This document shows positions 36,701 to 38,118 of a stretch of DNA of 38,118 bases, one piece after another. The translations under genes and the position numbers were made by a program. Each line of letters starts with the position of its first letter. Position 1 is the stretch's first letter. The notes under the pieces are model-generated. The model was not told where the DNA came from. It saw only the letters and a program-made list of their open reading frames with translations, and did no database searches. This DNA comes from a bacterium. Lineage in GTDB: Bacteria > Zhuqueibacterota > Zhuqueibacteria > Oceanimicrobiales > Oceanimicrobiaceae. The stretch lies in assembly GCA_046757525.1 (NCBI GenBank), contig JBHHYI010000019.1, positions 1-38,118 on the forward strand. The letters are read 5' to 3'.

Positions 36701-38118
36701 CCCGGAGATTCGCCGAGGGTGGCAGAAAGAGATTGGCGCCAAGGCCAATGCCACGGTCACAACGGCACACGAGATTGCAAAGCACAAGCGCTTCTTGCAC
36801 TGGGAGCTGGAGTTTCCCGAAGTGTTTTTCGAGAAGGGACGGGAGAAGGACAATCCGGGATTTGATGCGGTGGTGGGAAATCCGCCGTATGTTTCTATCG
36901 TCGGAATGTCGAAGTCAGAGCGAGAAATCTATTGCCATTTCTTCGAGTTTTACGACTACCGGTATGACACCTTTGCTTTAATGATTGAAAGAGCGCTGAA
37001 ACTTATTAATAGTCAAAATTCAGGATTCGGAATGATTGTTCCATCAGTGCTCATGAATAGCGGATCATTTGCTGTTTTGCGAGAGTACATCCTCTCACAT
37101 TTTTGGTTCCGGAATCTCATTTATTTTGGCGATGGCGCATTTCATGAAGCAGTAATACCAACCATGGTTTTAGTACTCAAACGTCCAAAACCGGAATCAG
37201 ATTTAGCTGTTGTAAAGACAATTCATAACATTGAAAATTTCATTGCAGGCTTATTTCAATCTGCTGTGATTCGTCAATTAGCCTTCTGTGAATCCTGGAA
37301 CTACACTTTTAACATAAATCTGACTCTACCGATTGAGAATCTGTTTCTTAAGTTGCGAGCACAGTCGATTGAGATCCGTGAGTTGTGTAAAACCAACAGA
37401 GGCATTATAACTGGGGATGACAGGAAATTTCTATCAAATGAGCAAAAGTCTAACAAGTGGAAACCTGTGATAAGAGGCGAGAAGATTGATAGATACCTTA
37501 CTGCCTACTCAGGTGAGTATGTCTATTACGCCGGTCGAGATGTCCTTCATGACCCTAGTAACGAAGATAATTTTCTTACCCCAAAAAAGCTCTTTATTAG
37601 ACGAATTGGGGACAGACTTACGGGTTCTTACGATGGTGCTCAACTTTATTGTCTGGACACTTTGTACACCGTTAATTCTCTTGACAAAACGCTAAATATT
37701 CTCTACCTGCTTTCCCTTTTGAATTCTAACCTACTCTCAGAAGTTTACCGCGTCATGATACCGATTAAGGGCCGAACATTTCCTGAAGTCCGCATATATG
37801 ATTTTAACAGACTCCCCATCCGCCGCATCTCTTTCACCACCCCGCTGGAACGCCGCCAAGCATTGGCCGAGCACGGCCGTAAACTCTACGCCGAGTACCT
37901 TGCCCTATGGAGTGCGACGACTGCGTCGCCGTATGGGGTGACAGCGTCACTCCATTCCAAAACGGCGCAAGCGTTGACACAAGCCGTCGAGGATCAACCC
38001 CACCCTGTCGTTCCCGCGAAAGCGGGAACCTGGGGAAGTCCGGGCAGCATGGATTCCCGGGTGCGCGGGAATGACAACCCCAGGGACTGGCGCGCCTCGC
38101 TGGTTAAACTTCTGCCCT
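33708..38118 (+). CDS. Type IIG/Eco57I-like restriction-modification protein (amino-methyltransferase, probably N6-adenine, + TRD), 3'-truncated by the window
   Basis: Frame from ATG 33708 holds VTNGKVWRLY, RKATGSYYTP, motif I DPAMGSGHF (36054-36080), YGVDLNPMAVELAK, HWELEFPEVF, motif IV NPPY (36879-36890); no stop seen before the edge. Confidence 0.92.
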   Translation, partial: MIDHDLKEHDIQNLNDANAVAEFFTKLQYDTSERLRQSPAHLGITESLHPDINKCERIADQEGFLQVYLFELRSVTVAATKTIARALKNKVGNYLLVLTSDYERIDFVLLERIRPEQEERDKVRKTPSLTQANVRPRVLTVNRRKPTRVDLRVLRRFTYTETDAFAQYDKLVSAFGIADWSEEQFNNRALFSDYYLKERLPSEKEWHEDPKPSYLKLKDVFESAREKWSNQPEKELRAGMLQPIFAELGFSFKAGKKAGDDKAEPDYFLFESGQNSDVKNALSFCLAYPWDRYLDGKDYTRDAESPEENPGQLVLSLLQREEADWAVVTNGKVWRLYSAKTHSRASNYYEVDLEEVLSARDPEMFRYFWLMFRAHAFQKCTVTVEGQERETTFLEQLLEGSQQYAKELGERLKERVFNNIFPHFAKGFVEYRRNLPALGEQPQKQLFDDSGQLQLKAEAGDKYLNDIYQTTLTFLYRLLFLLYSEARDLLPVKEERGYWEKSLTKLKNEIAEAAGIDPDGREQNLKKQYSNQQTKLYDRLLAVFKVIDKGQASINVPVYNGGLFITEPKADDNSDEARHAKLLNENKIPDRYLALGLDSLARDLDSRTFKLVPIDYKSLGVRHLGSIYEGLLEFRVRIAPEKMAICKGKGKTEVIIPYPEARKTGARILTVGRGKSAVERTLPPGAVYLENDKHERKATGSYYTPDYIVKYIVENTVGPVLQEKFDKLTQKFRDAQQHHRKQQRFAEQKARVSKFAVPEKSLEATLKTYRSLLDELFDVKVLDPAMGSGHFLVEAVDFITDRLIDFLNGFPWNPVTVLLEQMREAILSQMNEQGIAIDRSKLTDVNLLKRHVLKRCIYGVDLNPMAVELAKVSLWLDCFTLGAPLSFLDHHLKCGNSLIGSTIETVKKNISESGKRGPTGDIQIDIFGSQFAGLLQATQGMIHVGELSDVTPGQVRESRTSFLNASQILEPFKEVLDLWTSQYFGNTEARNLFLTAGFPEIRRGWQKEIGAKANATVTTAHEIAKHKRFLHWELEFPEVFFEKGREKDNPGFDAVVGNPPYVSIVGMSKSEREIYCHFFEFYDYRYDTFALMIERALKLINSQNSGFGMIVPSVLMNSGSFAVLREYILSHFWFRNLIYFGDGAFHEAVIPTMVLVLKRPKPESDLAVVKTIHNIENFIAGLFQSAVIRQLAFCESWNYTFNINLTLPIENLFLKLRAQSIEIRELCKTNRGIITGDDRKFLSNEQKSNKWKPVIRGEKIDRYLTAYSGEYVYYAGRDVLHDPSNEDNFLTPKKLFIRRIGDRLTGSYDGAQLYCLDTLYTVNSLDKTLNILYLLSLLNSNLLSEVYRVMIPIKGRTFPEVRIYDFNRLPIRRISFTTPLERRQALAEHGRKLYAEYLALWSATTASPYGVTASLHSKTAQALTQAVEDQPHPVVPAKAGTWGSPGSMDSRVRGNDNPRDWRASLVKLLP
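37907..37955. repeat. Palindromic element inside the RM coding frame
   Basis: ATGGAGTG..CACTCCAT termini with inner GCGACG..CGTCGC hairpin. Confidence 0.7.
38006..38076. repeat. GTCATTCC-type REP doublet inside the RM coding frame
   Basis: TGTCGTTCCCGCGAAAGCGGGAAC..GGATTCCCG..CGCGGGAATGACA. Confidence 0.88.

Noticed and set aside
33801..37695. Many short ORFs listed in this interval
   Set aside because: Shadow frames of the single long plus-strand RM gene starting at 33708

Overview
Bacterial window of moderate GC, probably from a diderm organism since it encodes an outer-membrane beta-barrel. (1) 1-15672, minus strand: a sulfur-oxidation island with an sHdr (heterodisulfide-reductase-like) complex (shdrC1-B1-A, then a probable shdrH running off the left edge). 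It also holds a lipoate-binding protein LbpA, a lipoate ligase, two DsrE proteins, two TusA-like proteins, a FadL-type outer-membrane channel and an exported protein. The operon starts at a correctly spaced sigma-54 promoter, next to a PAS histidine kinase, a sigma-54 response regulator and SulP. A REP-flanked RAYT transposase sits directly downstream of shdrA. (2) 16139-28101: transketolase, an orphan AT-rich PD-(D/E)xK protein, a persulfide-dioxygenase/rhodanese fusion, PqqB-like and DUF2252 proteins, trmB, an SDR, sixA and glgP. (3) 28127-30836: arsenic-resistance operon with a frameshift-scrambled thioredoxin. (4) 31237-38118, plus strand: VIT1/rubrerythrin protein, patatin, a tyrosine-integrase relic, and a >1400-codon type IIG-like restriction-modification gene. 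That gene is absent from the ORF track because it is open to the window end; it has an AT-rich specificity region and two palindromic elements read in frame. Intergenic DNA holds several families of REP-like palindromes and a three-copy MITE-like element. All calls come from motif recognition by eye; no database searches were run.
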